Notes under the pieces: generated by a model
Databases searched by the model: none
The model's input: only the letters and a program-made list of their open reading frames with translations
Told to the model about the DNA's origin: nothing
Translations under genes and position numbers: made by a program
NCBI GenBank assembly: GCA_963845515.1
Contig: CAWJSR010000029.1
Location: 96,001-160,000 of the forward strand
Reading direction: 5' to 3'
Length of the DNA: 64,000 bases
Source: an uncultured delta proteobacterium
GTDB taxonomy: Bacteria; Myxococcota; Myxococcia; Myxococcales; Anaeromyxobacteraceae
Part shown: positions 52,146 through 64,000 of the stretch, piece by piece
How the letters are laid out: the number at the start of each line of letters is the position of its first letter
Numbering within the stretch: the stretch's first letter is position 1

Positions 52146-53345
52146 CTACTCACCCAGCAAGGGGCGCGCCGCGCCGACCAGGTAGAGCGACCCGGCGACG
52201 CAGACGAGCGCCCCGTCGGCGGCGGCGCGCAGGGCGCACGCGATCGCCTCCTCGACCGACGCGTGGACGTCGGCCGGCACGCGGGGCTCCACCAGTGGGA
52301 GGAGCTCTCCCGGCGGACGTGCGCGCGGGGAAGGCGGGGCCACCAGGTGGAAGCGCCTGACCGCAGGCGCCAGCGCCTCGATCATCGCCTGGTGGTCCTT
52401 GTCGGCGAGGACGCCGAACACCAGCTCCACTGGCCGGCCCGGGTGGAGTGCCGGGAGCGCTGCAGCCAGCGCGGCCGCGCCGTCCGGGTTGTGGGCCCCG
52501 TCCAGGAGGACGCCCCCGACCTGCTCCAGCCGTCCCGGCCAGCGCGCCGTGGCGATCCCGTGGGCGATCGCCTCCTGCGAGACCCGGACGCCGGCGGCGT
52601 CGAGCAGGCCGAGCGCAGCCGAGGCGAGGGCCGCGTTCCCGCGCTGGTGCGCACCGGCGAGCCCGATCGGCCCCGCCCACCCGGCCGGCGCGACGTGAAA
52701 CGGCGCCCCGCGCCGCGCTGCCTCGGCGCGCAGCGCCGCCAGCGCTCCATCAGGCTGGGAGGCGTGGACCACCGCGGGGACCCCCGGCTTGAAGATCCCG
52801 GCCTTCTCGCGCGCGATCGCCTCGACGGTGTCGCCCAGGAGCTGCACGTGATCCAGCCCGATCCGCGCGACCGCGGAGACGCGCGGCGTCGCGGCGCTGG
52901 TCGCGTCGAGGCGGCCGCCGAGCCCGACCTCCACGACCGCGACGTCCACCTTCGCCCGCGCGAAGTGGACGAAGGCCAGGATCGTGGCGAACTCGAAGTA
53001 GGTGAGCCGGTCCTCCGGCCCGCCCCGCTCGTGCCACGGGCAGGCCGCGCGGACCTCCTCGGTCTCAGCCTGCAGCGCGGCGTCCTCGATCTCGCGGCCG
53101 TCCACCTGGATCCGCTCGTTGAAGCGGACCAGGTGCGGCGAGACGTAGAGGCCGGTCCGGTGGCCGGCGGCCCTCAGGGCGGCCGCCGCCATCGCGCAGG
53201 TCGAGCCCTTCCCGTTGGTGCCACCGACCTGGAGGATCGGTGCGGCGCGCTCGGGGTGGCCGAGCGCGTCGAGCGCTCGCTCGACGCGCTCCAGCCCGAA
53301 CCGCATTCCGAGCGGTTCGAGCGTGGAGAGGTAGTCGCGGATCAC
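52146..53345 (-). CDS. folC: Folylpolyglutamate synthase/dihydrofolate synthase
   Basis: VGGTNGKGST, SPHL..FNERI, TYFE, EVGLGGRLDAT, DH..LLG, WPGRLE, LDGAHNP, GSLYLVG. Confidence 0.96.
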   Translation of the reverse strand: MIRDYLSTLEPLGMRFGLERVERALDALGHPERAAPILQVGGTNGKGSTCAMAAAALRAAGHRTGLYVSPHLVRFNERIQVDGREIEDAALQAETEEVRAACPWHERGGPEDRLTYFEFATILAFVHFARAKVDVAVVEVGLGGRLDATSAATPRVSAVARIGLDHVQLLGDTVEAIAREKAGIFKPGVPAVVHASQPDGALAALRAEAARRGAPFHVAPAGWAGPIGLAGAHQRGNAALASAALGLLDAAGVRVSQEAIAHGIATARWPGRLEQVGGVLLDGAHNPDGAAALAAALPALHPGRPVELVFGVLADKDHQAMIEALAPAVRRFHLVAPPSPRARPPGELLPLVEPRVPADVHASVEEAIACALRAAADGALVCVAGSLYLVGAARPLLGE

Positions 53346-53355
53346 GCCTGGGGCT

Positions 53356-54213
<858 letters not shown>

Positions 54214-54224
54214 CGATGTCCCTT

Positions 54225-54989
54225 CTAGAACACGAACTCCTCGCCCCGCTCGAGGATCCGTACGTTGTCGAGCCGGAGCGCCTTCAGCTCACGGCGTAGC
54301 TCGGCCATGAAGGCCGGCTTGAGGTGATACAGGAGAACGGGCTGCCCGTCCCGCTCGATCTTGGTCAGCTCGCTGGCGAGCGTCGACGGCGTGAAGTGGC
54401 CGGAGACGTCGGCGAGCCCCTGCAGGCGGCTGGGGAAGGAGAGCTCGACGAAGAGCGCCTTGAGCCTCGGCTCGGCGTTCACGCGCTTCCAGAGCCGCGC
54501 CGTCGGGCCGGTGTCGCCCGAGAACGCCACCGAGGAGCGTCCGTCCGAGAGGACGTAGCCGACCGACTCCACGGGGTGGCAGACCGGCACCGGCGTGACG
54601 CGGTAGCGCCCGACGCGGAACGGCTTCACCGGATCGAACGGGACGATCTCGATCACCGGCGACTTCGCGTCGGGGATCCTGGTGAAGTCGGGCCAGAGCT
54701 CGTCGTTGAAGACGTTGTCGTGGAGGGTCCGGGCGCACTCGCGGGACGCGTGGACGCGGATCGGCTTCTTTCGCCGCCCCACCGCGAGGTCCGCCAGGAG
54801 CGGGACGTCCTTCACGTGGTCGAAGTGGGAGTGGGTGAGGATGATGTCGTCCACCGCGAGCAGCGCGTCGAGCGGGAGCGACCCGGTGAGCGCGCCCGCG
54901 TCGACCGCCAGCCTGCCGTCCACCAGGAAGCAGGTGGTCCGGTGGCCGGGGAGCTCCCCGCCCGAGCAGCCGAGGACCTTCAGCTTCAT
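54225..54989 (-). CDS. Metallo-beta-lactamase-fold (class II-like) cyclic nucleotide phosphodiesterase
   Basis: VLGCSGG, VDAG, THSHFDH, FND..WPDF, HPV...GY, SGDTGP, SFP, GHFTP, YHLKP. Confidence 0.85.
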   Translation of the reverse strand: MKLKVLGCSGGELPGHRTTCFLVDGRLAVDAGALTGSLPLDALLAVDDIILTHSHFDHVKDVPLLADLAVGRRKKPIRVHASRECARTLHDNVFNDELWPDFTRIPDAKSPVIEIVPFDPVKPFRVGRYRVTPVPVCHPVESVGYVLSDGRSSVAFSGDTGPTARLWKRVNAEPRLKALFVELSFPSRLQGLADVSGHFTPSTLASELTKIERDGQPVLLYHLKPAFMAELRRELKALRLDNVRILERGEEFVF

Positions 54990-55633
54990 GCAACGTCCCC
55001 GAACTGCGCCTTCATCTGCAGGAACTCCAGGAAGTGGCGCAGCTTGGCGACGTCGGGGACCAGGAAGCCGTCCGGCTGTACCGAGATGATCTTGGCCTTG
55101 AGGAGCTTCATCAGCGCCTCGTCCGCCGCCTCGGGCTTCACGCCGCAGCGCCCCGGCAGCTCCTTCGGCGACATCTCGATCTTGCTCCCTGCCGGGGTCT
55201 TCGTCCCCTTCTCCGCGGCGAGCGCGAGGAAGTGGACGACCCGGGCGGAGGCGTCGCTGAGCAGGAGGTTCTCGATCTGGTTGTTCGCCTCCTGCAGCCG
55301 CTCCGCGAGCTTCTTGATCATCCGGAGCGCGATCTCCCCGCTCGATCTGACCATCGCCTCGAAGGTCTTGGCGTCGACCTGGAGGAGCTTGCAGTCGTCG
55401 GCGCAGGTGGCCGTCGCTGACCGCGGCTTGTTGTTCAGGATCGCCATCTCGCCAAGGAACTCACCCGGCCCGAGCGACGACAGGATCTTCTCCACGTCGC
55501 CGACGCGCTTCGAGATGGTCACGTGCCCATGCTGGACCACGTACATCTCGCGTCCCGTCTCCCCATCGCGGAAGAGCACGGTGCCCGCCTTGAACTCCTT
55601 GCCAAAGCGCTGGAACAGTTGGTCGTCGGCCAT
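54986..55633 (-). CDS. Crp/Fnr-family cNMP-binding regulator
   Basis: LFRDGE.G.EMYVV..G.V, phosphate-binding cassette GEMAIL...PRSATA, C-terminal winged-helix-like region; ATG overlap with the PDE gene. Confidence 0.88.
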   Translation of the reverse strand: MADDQLFQRFGKEFKAGTVLFRDGETGREMYVVQHGHVTISKRVGDVEKILSSLGPGEFLGEMAILNNKPRSATATCADDCKLLQVDAKTFEAMVRSSGEIALRMIKKLAERLQEANNQIENLLLSDASARVVHFLALAAEKGTKTPAGSKIEMSPKELPGRCGVKPEAADEALMKLLKAKIISVQPDGFLVPDVAKLRHFLEFLQMKAQFGDVA

Positions 55634-55665
55634 TTGAGTGCGGGCCCCCGGCCCGGATCCTTCGT

Positions 55666-55695
55666 CCCTTAGCCCGCCTCGGGAAGGGCTGTCAA
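55666..55695 (-). promoter_or_regulatory. Possible internal sigma70 promoter for the crp-pde-accD run
   Basis: Perfect TTGACA (55695-55690), 18-nt spacer, weak -10 TAAGGG. Confidence 0.35.
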
Positions 55696-55733
55696 CGAAA
55701 CCGCCGGCGCGCAGGTGCGTCGCGCGCGACGCA

Positions 55734-58082
55734 CTACTTGGTCTTCATCTCGAAGACGCCGTCCCACTCGGGGCCGGGCGGCGCTCGGCGCATGGCCTCG
55801 CAGCGACCGATGTACATCCGCGAGCAGGGGTCGCCGCCGCGGAGCCGGTCCGCCTCGCCGAACCGGGCGACAGCCTCCTCCCACCGCTGCGACTTGTAGG
55901 CCCCGATCCCCCAGTTGAACTGCTCGACGAAGGCGGAGGCCTCGGGGGTGGCCGGCGCGAGCGAGATCAGCTCGTGGATCTTCACGGGCGCCCGCTTCCC
56001 CTTCACGCGCACCTGGTCCAGCTCGCGCGTCACCACCCTGCCCTCCACCTGCTCGAAGGTCGTCGGCCCGATGATGACGTGCGTGCCGTACTCCTTGTTG
56101 GCCCCCTCGAGCCGCGACGCCAGGTTCACCGCGTCGCCCAGCACCGTGTAGTTGTAGAAGCGGTCCTGGCTGCCCACGAAGCCGACGGACATCGGGCCAG
56201 TGTTGATGCCCACCCCGATGTCGATCTCGGGGAGCCCGCGGTCGTGCCAGCGCGCCTTGAGCTCCTGCAGTCGCGCCATCATCTGGAGCCCCGCCTGGCA
56301 GGCGAGGAGCGCGTGGTCCGGCTGCTCCTGCGGCGCCCCCCAGAAGGCCATGATGGCGTCGCCGATGTACTTGTCGAGCGTGCCGCGCTGGTCCGACACG
56401 ATGATGTCGGTCATGGGCGTCAGGTACTCGTTGAGGAACTCGAGGAGGACGTGCGGATCGAGCTTCTCCGAGAGCGTGGTGAACCCCCGGATGTCGGAGA
56501 AGAGCACGGTCAGCTCGCGCTTGTCGCCGCCGAGCTTTATCCCGCCACCCTTCGCGAGGACCTGCTCCACCATCGCGGGGGAGAGGAAGCGGCTGAAGGT
56601 CTCACGCGCGCGCCGCTTCTCCCTCTCCTCGGAGAAGAACCGGTAGGTGGTGCCGGCGAGGAACATCGCCATCATCTGGACGAGCGGCATCCCGATCGCG
56701 ATGACGACGTCGAAGCGGCGGAGCCCCATCACCGCCGCGCCCGTCCAGCCCGCCATCGCGGCGAGCAGCACGGGGGCCGCCGACAGGCTCCCGACGCGGG
56801 CGAAGAGCCACGCGAGCAGGACCGTCAGGAGGAGCATGGCCGCGAGCTCGGCGACGACCACCGCCTGGGAGCGCTCGAGCAGCTCGCCCTGCAGCACGTT
56901 CTCCATGAAGGTGGCGTGGGTGATCACGCCTGGGGCGATGTCGTCGAACGGCGTGACCCGCTGATCCCAGGTGCCAGGCGCGGTGGTCCCGACGATGACG
57001 ATCTTCCCCTGCATCCGATCGCGAGGGATCCGGCCGTTGAGGACGTCGGTCGCCGACCAGCTGGGGAAGTCGCGATAGGGCCCGTAGTAGCTGATGGGGA
57101 CCCGGCCGGAGTCGTCGGTGTCGATGGTCGTCTCGCCGACGTGGACCTGCAGGACGGTCTCGCCGCCGCCGTCTGCCGAGACCGGCACGACCGGCGCGGA
57201 CACCCCCTCGCGCCCGAGGGCGCGCGCGAGCGTCGCGATCCCGAGCGCCGGGAAGGTGACCTGCCCGACCCGTCCGACCACCGGATAGCGCCGGATGGTC
57301 CCGTCGGGATCCGGCCGGACGGTGAAGAAGCCGCCGCTGTCCGCCACTGCGAGGATCTCGTCGAGGGGAGGGATCACCCCCATGTAGCCGCGCCCCACGC
57401 CCCGCTCCTCGGGGAGCGGCGTCAGCTTCCCGTCGCGCACGACGTGGACCGCGTCCGTGCGGAAGAACTGGAGCGACGCCAGCCGCGCCGGGTCGCCCGC
57501 CGCGCCCATGTCCTTCTCGGACAGGAGCATGAAGCCGACGGTCACGTTGTGCGCCCGCTCGATCGCGTCGGCGAGCTGCTCGGTGGGGTCCACGTCGACC
57601 TTCGGGTCCCCCGCCGGGCCCTGGGCCGCGGCCCAGATCGAGTCGAGCGTCGCGGAACCCTGTGGGTCCTTCGCCCCCTCGCGCGCCGCGCGCACCCGCG
57701 CAGCCACCTCGGCCAGACGCCGCCCCTGGACGTCCACGTCCGCCCAGATGACGTCGAAGCCGACGGCCGCGACCCCGCCGGCCGCCAGCCCGTCGATCAG
57801 CCGCGCCATCTTCGCCCGGCTCCACGGCCAGATCCCCTCGGCCTCGACCGACTTCTCGTCCACCGCGACGATCACGACCTTGCCCGACGGCGTCCTCGGA
57901 CCGCGCAGCCGCGTCAGCGCCCAGTCCTGCGCCGCGTGCTCGATCCGGGAGATGACCGGCAGCTCCCACTCGGGGCGCTCGAAGACGACGCTGAGGAAGT
58001 GGAGGAGCGTGACGAGGAGCCCCGCGTAGAGGGCGAGGCGGAAGGCGTCGACCCTGAGGACGCGCTGGCGGAGGCGGTTCAT
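55734..58082 (-). CDS. CHASE2-domain class III adenylate cyclase
   Basis: CHASE2 (IVAVDEKS...WPWSR, DPDG.IRR, IVIVG.TA...D...TP), three TMs, [32 protein letters not shown]. Confidence 0.93.
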   Translation of the reverse strand: MNRLRQRVLRVDAFRLALYAGLLVTLLHFLSVVFERPEWELPVISRIEHAAQDWALTRLRGPRTPSGKVVIVAVDEKSVEAEGIWPWSRAKMARLIDGLAAGGVAAVGFDVIWADVDVQGRRLAEVAARVRAAREGAKDPQGSATLDSIWAAAQGPAGDPKVDVDPTEQLADAIERAHNVTVGFMLLSEKDMGAAGDPARLASLQFFRTDAVHVVRDGKLTPLPEERGVGRGYMGVIPPLDEILAVADSGGFFTVRPDPDGTIRRYPVVGRVGQVTFPALGIATLARALGREGVSAPVVPVSADGGGETVLQVHVGETTIDTDDSGRVPISYYGPYRDFPSWSATDVLNGRIPRDRMQGKIVIVGTTAPGTWDQRVTPFDDIAPGVITHATFMENVLQGELLERSQAVVVAELAAMLLLTVLLAWLFARVGSLSAAPVLLAAMAGWTGAAVMGLRRFDVVIAIGMPLVQMMAMFLAGTTYRFFSEEREKRRARETFSRFLSPAMVEQVLAKGGGIKLGGDKRELTVLFSDIRGFTTLSEKLDPHVLLEFLNEYLTPMTDIIVSDQRGTLDKYIGDAIMAFWGAPQEQPDHALLACQAGLQMMARLQELKARWHDRGLPEIDIGVGINTGPMSVGFVGSQDRFYNYTVLGDAVNLASRLEGANKEYGTHVIIGPTTFEQVEGRVVTRELDQVRVKGKRAPVKIHELISLAPATPEASAFVEQFNWGIGAYKSQRWEEAVARFGEADRLRGGDPCSRMYIGRCEAMRRAPPGPEWDGVFEMKTK

Positions 58083-58166
58083 CGGCCCGGGATGGTAGCA
58101 GGAGGGGACCCGCCGGTCCCGAGCCTATTGCCCCCACCGGCGGGGCGCGGTAAGCGAGGGGCCGCC

Positions 58167-59202
58167 ATGGCCCTGACCTACCGCGACGCGGGCGTCGACA
58201 TCGACGAGGGAGATCGCCTCGTCGACCTGATCAAGCCTCTAGCCCGCCCCACCCTCCGCCCCGAGGTCCTCGCCGGCATCGGCGGCTTCGGCGGCCTCTT
58301 CGCCCTCGACCTGAAGAAGTGGAAGGAGCCGGTGCTCGTCTCCGGCACCGACGGGGTCGGGACCAAGCTCAAGGTGGCCTTCGAGGCCGGCCGGCACGAC
58401 ACCGTCGGCATCGACCTCGTCGCGATGTGCGTCAACGACATCGCGGTGGTCGGCGCCGAGCCGCTCTGGTTCCTCGACTACTTCGCCACCGGCAAGCTCT
58501 CCGCCGAGCAGGGAGCGGCCGTCGTGAAGGGGATCGCCGAGGGGTGCCTCCAGGCTGGCTGCGCGCTGATCGGCGGCGAGACGGCCGAGCTGCCGGGCTT
58601 CTACGCGAAGGGGGAGTACGACCTCGCCGGCTTCTCCGTCGGGTGCGTGGAGCGCTCGAAGATCGTCGACGGCAAGGACGTCGTGCCGGGGGACCTGGTG
58701 ATCGGGGTCGCTTCCACCGGGCTCCACTCCAACGGCTACTCCCTCGCCCGCAAGGCGCTCATGGAGCGCTACCCGCTCGAGCACCGGTTCGCGTCGATCC
58801 CCGGCGCGACGCTCGGCGAGCTGCTCCTCCAGCCGACGAAGATCTACGCGAAGCAGCTCCTCGCCGTGCTGGAGAAGGTGCGGCTCAAGTCGATCGCCCA
58901 TATCACGGGCGGCGGCCTGCCCGGCAACGTGCCGCGCAGCCTCCCCGACGGCACGCGCGCAGTGCTCGAGGAGCGGCGCTGGGAGCGGCCCGTCGTCTTC
59001 GACCTCATCGAGCGCGAGGGACAGGTCCCGCGCGACGAGATGTACCGGACCTTCAACATGGGGCTCGGGCTCACGCTGGTCGTCGCACAGGGCGACGAGC
59101 AGGCCGCCCTCGCCGCGCTGCGCGCGCAGGGGCTCGGCAGCCTGGACCGTCGGCGCCATCGAGAGAGGCTCCGGCGAGGCCACCTGCGAGGTGGTCGGGT
59201 GA
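58167..59202 (+). CDS. purM: Phosphoribosylformylglycinamidine cyclo-ligase (apparent +1 frameshift near 59135-59140)
   Basis: [53 protein letters not shown]-terminus AWTVGAIE...VVG* lies in the +1 frame. Confidence 0.95.
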
Positions 59203-59879
59203 TCCGGATCGGGGTCCTCGCCTCGGGCGGTGGGACGAACCTGGGGGCGATCCTCGAGGCCTGCTCGTCCGGCCGGATCGACGCGCAGGTCGCCGTCGTC
59301 GTCTCGAACGTCCCCGGTGCCGGCGCCCTCGCCCGCGCCGAGAAGGCGGGCGTCGCCACCGAGCTGCTGCCCTCCAAGGGCGTCTCGGACCGGACGGCGT
59401 GGGATCGGCAGCTCGCCGAGCGGGTCGCCGCCCACGGCGTCGACCTCGTCTGCCTGGCCGGCTACATGCGGATCGTCACGCCGACCTTCCTCCGCGCCTT
59501 CGCCGCGACCGCGGCGACGCGCGGCTGCCCGCGGGTGATGAACATCCACCCCGGCCTCCTCCCGAGCTTCCCCGGGCTGCACGCCCAGCAGCAGGCGCTC
59601 GACTACGGCGCCCGCTTCGCTGGCTGCACCGTCCACTTCGTCGACGAGGGGACCGACACCGGGCCGATCATCGCGCAGGCGATCGTGCCGATCCTCCCGG
59701 ACGACACCGAGCCGGTGCTCTCGGCCAGGATCCTCGAGCAGGAACACCGCCTCTACCCGCAGGCCATCCAGTGGTTCGCGCAGGGGCGGCTCTCGCTCGC
59801 CGGACGCCACGTCCGCGTCGACGGCGGGCGCGCGCCGGCGCCGTTCGTGCACACGAGCCCCGCCCTGGAAGGGGCCTGA
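59199..59879 (+). CDS. purN: Phosphoribosylglycinamide formyltransferase
   Basis: GTGA overlap; [48 protein letters not shown]. Confidence 0.96.
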   Translation: MIRIGVLASGGGTNLGAILEACSSGRIDAQVAVVVSNVPGAGALARAEKAGVATELLPSKGVSDRTAWDRQLAERVAAHGVDLVCLAGYMRIVTPTFLRAFAATAATRGCPRVMNIHPGLLPSFPGLHAQQQALDYGARFAGCTVHFVDEGTDTGPIIAQAIVPILPDDTEPVLSARILEQEHRLYPQAIQWFAQGRLSLAGRHVRVDGGRAPAPFVHTSPALEGA

Positions 59880-59881
59880 CG

Positions 59882-61376
59882 ATGGTCCAGTCCTACCGTC
59901 CACCCGCGACCCAGCGCACCTACGACGCGTGCGTCGTCGGCTCCCAGCTGGGAGGCGCGGTCGCGGCCGCGCTGCTCGCCCGTCGCGGCTTCCGCGTGCT
60001 GGAGGTGGACCACGACGGCCGCGGCGCCGGGTACGTCGACGACGGATGGGTCCTCCCGTGGCGCCCCGCCCTCTTCATCTCGCCCCGCGCTCATGCCCGC
60101 CGGCGAGTCGGCCCTCGGGGAGCTGTCGGCGGCCACCCAGGTCGCGCGGGCCCTCCGGCCGCTCGCCCCGGGGCTGCAGCTCTTCCTCCCGCGCCACCGG
60201 CTCGAGGTGCCGGTCGCCCCCGAGCCACTCGCCGCCGAGCTGCACCGGGAGTGGCCTGGGGAGGACGGAGCCCTCCTCGCCGCGCTGCGGGAGCTCGAGG
60301 CGCTCTTCGAGGACGGCGGACGGCTCCTCTCCGCAGCGCCGGCGCTCCCGCCGCGCGGGGTCTTCGCGCGCATCGCCCTTCGTCGCGCCGTGGCGCGCGC
60401 CGTCGCCCCGGGCCGGAGGCCGATCGAGGAGGCACGTCCGTTCGAGTCGCTCGACGGTCACCCCTTCCCGGCGGCGCTGCTCGCCCTCCTACCGTTCCTC
60501 TCACACCTCGACGGGCCGCCGGCCCCGCTGACGCTCGCCCGCGTCCTCGGTGGCGCCCTCCGCGGGCTGCACGTCGCCGACGGCGGCGAGCAGGCGCTGC
60601 GGGAGCTCTTCCGCCGCCGCAGCTCACCGAACGTCGCCAACCACGACCAGACCTCTGCGCTGCGCGGCGTCGTCGAGTCGGTCGAGCTCTCCGGTGGCCG
60701 GATCAAGGGGCTGCGGCTCGCCGGCTCCGCGGACCTCCATGCGGCGAGCGTGTTCGTCCTGGCGAGCGGCGGCGAGGGCTTCGCGCGGCTCCTGCCGCAG
60801 GGGGCGCCCGGCCGGGCGGTCGCTGCGCTCACCAGGCTCCGCGCGACCCGCCGGATCCTGACGGTCAACTTCGTGGTCCGCGCCGCCGCGCTGCCGCCCC
60901 CGCTCGGGACCGCGGCGCTCTCCCTCCTCGACGGAGAGCCGCTCCTCCTCCAGGTCGAGCCCGCGCGCCGGCAGGACCTGGCCGAGGCGGAGGCACACGC
61001 CGGCGATCGCGTGATCTGCGCCGCCGCGCCCGTCCCGGCGGAGCCCTGGACCCGCGAGTCCGTGAAGGCGGGCGCGGATCGGATCAGGTCGGCGCTGCTG
61101 CAGGCCATCCCCTTCTTCGACCGGCACGTGCTCTTCGAGTCGATCCCGACGCTCGTCGGCATCGGCGACGGCGACCCCTTCGCGGACGCGGCGGACCCCA
61201 TCTACGCGCCGCCGGACGTAGCGGTCCTCGGGGTCACCGGCATACCCGTACAGGGGACGTTCAAGAACCTCTTCCTCGCGAGCCGCGAGGTCCTGCCCGG
61301 CCTGGGCCTGGAGGGGGAGATCTACGCCGGCATCGAGGCGGCGGCCCACGCGGCGACCGCTCTCGGTCACAAGTAG
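59882..61376 (+). CDS. Putative FAD-dependent oxidoreductase, phytoene-desaturase-like (frameshift near 60085-60092)
   Basis: YDACVVGSQLGGAVAAALLARRGFRVL Rossmann start; C-terminal NLFLASREVLPGLGLEGE. Confidence 0.7.
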
Positions 61377-61407
61377 CACCCCTGCCGGTGATCGGGTCGG
61401 TAGCCAC

Positions 61408-61435
61408 TTGCATTCCACGCGCAGATCCGTAATAT
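61408..61435 (+). promoter_or_regulatory. sigma70-type promoter for rpmB
   Basis: TTGCAT-16 nt-TAATAT; GAGGT RBS downstream. Confidence 0.6.
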
Positions 61436-61465
61436 CCCGCGCTCTTTCGGGTTTCGAGGTACACC

Positions 61466-61681
61466 ATGGCTCGTCGTTGCGAACTCTGCGGTAAGGGTCC
61501 TCTCGTGGGGAACAAGGTCTCCCACGCGAACAACAAGACCAAGACCCGCTCCCTCCCCAACCTCCGTTCGGTCCGCGCAAACGTCGACGGCAAGGTCGGT
61601 CACATCCGCGTCTGCTCCCGCTGCCTCAAGGCCGGCAAGGTCGTGAAGGCCGGGCGCGGCAACCGCGCTGCCGCCGCTTAG
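61466..61681 (+). CDS. rpmB: 50S ribosomal protein L28 (zinc-ribbon C+ form)
   Basis: [10 protein letters not shown]...[12 protein letters not shown]...PNL...VCSRCLK. Confidence 0.97.
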   Translation: MARRCELCGKGPLVGNKVSHANNKTKTRSLPNLRSVRANVDGKVGHIRVCSRCLKAGKVVKAGRGNRAAAA

Positions 61682-61769
61682 GCGCTTCTCACCCAGCTGA
61701 AGTGGCGGCTCCGTCGCCCGCGTCCGCACGTTGCGGTGACGCGGGCGTCGGCGTTTGATGGGGGCGATC

Positions 61770-63411
61770 ATGGGCTTGAAGGAACGCCGGGAGAAGGCCC
61801 TCGCGCCGGGGGAGCTGGAGCGCCACCGCGCCGAGCTGGCGGCCGCGACCGGCCGCAGGCGGCTCGACGTGATCCTCGACGCGCGAAACCCGCAGGCCCT
61901 GGTCCGAGCCCTCCCCGCCGACGAGCTCTACCTGACGATCCGCGACGTCGGGCTCGCCGACGCGGCGCCGCTCGTGGGGCTGGCGTCTGCCGAGCAGTTC
62001 AAGATCCTGCTGGACCTCGAGGCCTGGCGTGACGGCGAGTTCGAGCCGTCGCGCGCGCTCCCCTGGCTTCGCGCGGCGCGATCGGGGTCCCTGGACGACC
62101 CCAGGGCGGCGGCGCGGTGGGCGCGCAAGCTCACGACGCTCGACCGCGAGGTGCTCTTCCTGACGCTCCGCAGCGCGCTGCGCGTCCACGAGCTCGAGGA
62201 GAACGAGCCGGATCCGGAGATCGAGAGCGATCGCTTCATGCGGACCCCCGAGAACAAGTTCATCGTGGAGTTCCTGGTCGACGGCGCCGAGTACATGGCC
62301 GTGAAGGGGATCCTCGACGACCTGTACGCCGAGAACGCGTTCATGGCGACGCGCCTCCTCTCCGCGATGAGGTCGGAGCTCGACAGCGAGCTGTCCGAGA
62401 CCGCGCTCCGGTGGCGCTCCGCGCGGCTCGCCGACCTCGGCTTCCCGACGCTGGAGGAGGCGCTCTCCTGGTTCGCCCGCCCTCCCAGGACCGAGCATCC
62501 CGGCCACGCCGGCCTGCCCGCGCGCCCACCCGGCTTCTGGATCGCCGCCCACCCCGGCGTCGGCCTCTTCGACCGGGCCGCTGCCCGCCTCTCCGACGAC
62601 GAGCGTGCCTCGCTGGAGCCGGAGCTCGTCGCAGCCGGCCAACGCGGTGGTCGTCGCCGACTCGATCGATCCGGGCGACGTCGACGCGGTCGCCCGCGCG
62701 CTGACCGCCGCGCGCGCCCTGATCGAGCTGGGGCTGGAGCTGCGCGCCGGGGCCGACGAGGAGAAGGGGGCGGCGGAGCTCTCCGCGGTCCCGGTGAAGC
62801 GGCTCTTCCAGGAGGGGTTCGGCCGGCTCCTGGCGCTCAAGTGGCGGGTCGACCGCCTCCTCCGCGAGGGAGGCGCCGGCACGCGGGCGAGCCCGCTGCT
62901 CGACCCGCCGCTCGGCGAGGCGCTGGCCGCCCTCTCGCTCAAGCGGCCGCGCTTCCACCCCGGCCTGGAGGCCGATCGGAGCCGCTGGGGCGCGCCGGCG
63001 CTGGCCGCCTTCATGCCGCGCCCGTTCCTCTCGTCACTCGACGTGACGCGCGCGACGGCGGCCGTCGACGCCGCCGAGGGGCTCATCGCGCTGGGCGCGC
63101 GGCTCGGGCTCCTCGTGGAGCCGGGCAAGCCGGCCGGGCAACACACTCTCTCGGCGAGGTACCTGACGGCGCTCGCCAACGAGCGGCTCGGCCGCGCCTT
63201 CTCGCCCGCGCCCATCCCGACGGCCGATCTTCGCGCGGCCGCGGAGGCGCTCCGGAGCGGCGGCGTGGACCACCCTTCCCTGGCCGACGCCGGGGACGCG
63301 GGGGCGCTCTTGCGTTCGCTCGCGTCTCAGCGTGCCGAGGAGCTGCAGGCCTCCATGGACGCCGGCGCGAGCGAACCCGAGACCATCGCGGCGCTGCTGG
63401 TCCAGCGCTGA
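61770..63411 (+). CDS. Conserved hypothetical protein, DUF6178-like (frameshift near 62635-62640)
   Basis: LVRALPADELYLTIRDVG..DA, LDLEAW, E.ALRWRSARLADLGFP..EEA; continues AN.VVVAD...LFQEGF in the +1 frame. Confidence 0.7.
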
Positions 63412-63419
63412 GCGGGCCA

Positions 63420-63893
63420 GTGGCCAGGGTGCGCAGAGGACTCCTCGCGTTCGCCGTCGCGCTGACCTCCCTGGCCGCCTGCCAGCGCGTCGAACCGAGG
63501 CGCGTCCGGATCGTCGTGTCGCTGTACGGCACCGCCTCGCGCCCCGTCCACGGCCTCGACGTGACCGTCGCGCTCCCCACCGGCGCGAGCGTGGCGCACG
63601 AGGGCGCGACGCGGCGGCTCTCGGCGCGAGCGCTGACCCTGCTCGGCGGAGCGCGCGACGCGACGATCGACGGGCACTTCGCCGCCCACGCCACGACCCC
63701 CTCGATCAGGATCCTCCTCGCGTCGCAGGAGCCGATGCGCGAAGGCGAGGTGGCCGCGATCGAGCTGACCGTGACCTCCGCGGCCGACCCGCCCAGGTCC
63801 CGCTACGAGGTCGCGAGCTCCGCCGTGACCGGCCCGGATGGCGCGTCCGTCGCGGGCGCCACCTGCTGGGTCAGCGCGGTCGAGATCAGGTAG
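63420..63893 (+). CDS. Hypothetical lipoprotein (beta-sandwich, cohesin-like)
   Basis: GTG start, lipobox LAAC, beta-strand-rich mature part (GLDVTVALPTG). Confidence 0.6.
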   Translation: MARVRRGLLAFAVALTSLAACQRVEPRRVRIVVSLYGTASRPVHGLDVTVALPTGASVAHEGATRRLSARALTLLGGARDATIDGHFAAHATTPSIRILLASQEPMREGEVAAIELTVTSAADPPRSRYEVASSAVTGPDGASVAGATCWVSAVEIR

Positions 63894-63998
63894 CTACCGG
63901 GTCTCCGCCTCGTCGGGCGCCGCCTCGCCCGCCGCACCGAGCCCGAGGCCGCACTCCGGGCACTCGGCCTTCCCGGGATCGAGGACGAACACGTGGCC
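63894..63998 (-). CDS. C-terminal fragment of a zinc-ribbon-containing protein (runs off window end)
   Basis: GHVFVLDPGKAECPECGLGLG...ETR*; TAG at 63896-63894. Confidence 0.55.
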   Translation of the reverse strand, partial: GHVFVLDPGKAECPECGLGLGAAGEAAPDEAETR

Positions 63999-64000
63999 AC

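Noticed and set aside
55638..59879. 1413-aa ORF suggesting a giant PurM-PurN fusion
   Set aside because: The first ~840 aa are the antisense shadow of the cyclase. The true PurM C-terminus and stop (59200-59202) are in the +1 frame with a GTGA overlap to purN, so the fusion comes from one extra base.
61755..63893. 712-aa ORF fusing the DUF6178-like protein to a lipoprotein
   Set aside because: Frameshift artefact near 62637; the lipoprotein has its own GTG and lipobox.

Overview
Very GC-rich chromosomal segment whose gene content and order (cdnL/carD-ispDF-cysS, accD-folC-AMIN-lptD, hisZ-purA, PilZ/FHA/TPR proteins) suggest an Anaeromyxobacter-like Myxococcota genome; this assignment is an inference. 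About 50 CDSs, mostly housekeeping (uvrB, uvrC, cysS, cysE, ppa, ispDF, purA, purM, purN, hisZ, accD, folC, rpmB, plsB-like, comEC). Accessory blocks: (i) an FmdB zinc-ribbon gene with an in-frame UGA followed by a SECIS-like hairpin (candidate selenoprotein), upstream of an orphan GspE/PilB ATPase, a Ycf46-type AAA ATPase and a small secreted protein; (ii) a PAS hybrid kinase plus HD-GYP response regulator abutting a truncated doxX; (iii) a DUF1302-DUF1329-YCF48-RND envelope transport cassette converging on a half-length aromatic-acid MFS gene; (iv) a CHASE2 adenylate cyclase-CRP-phosphodiesterase module heading the accD-folC-AMIN-lptD run. Candidate regulatory elements: a sigma54-type promoter firing antisense toward cdnL, a switch-like hairpin in the purA leader, and several apparently leaderless genes. 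About ten single-base frameshifts, some in essential genes, look like long-read consensus errors and create false fusions in the ORF track. No rRNA, tRNA, CRISPR array, integrase or transposase was recognised. All family calls come from motif recognition by eye; no database searches were run.
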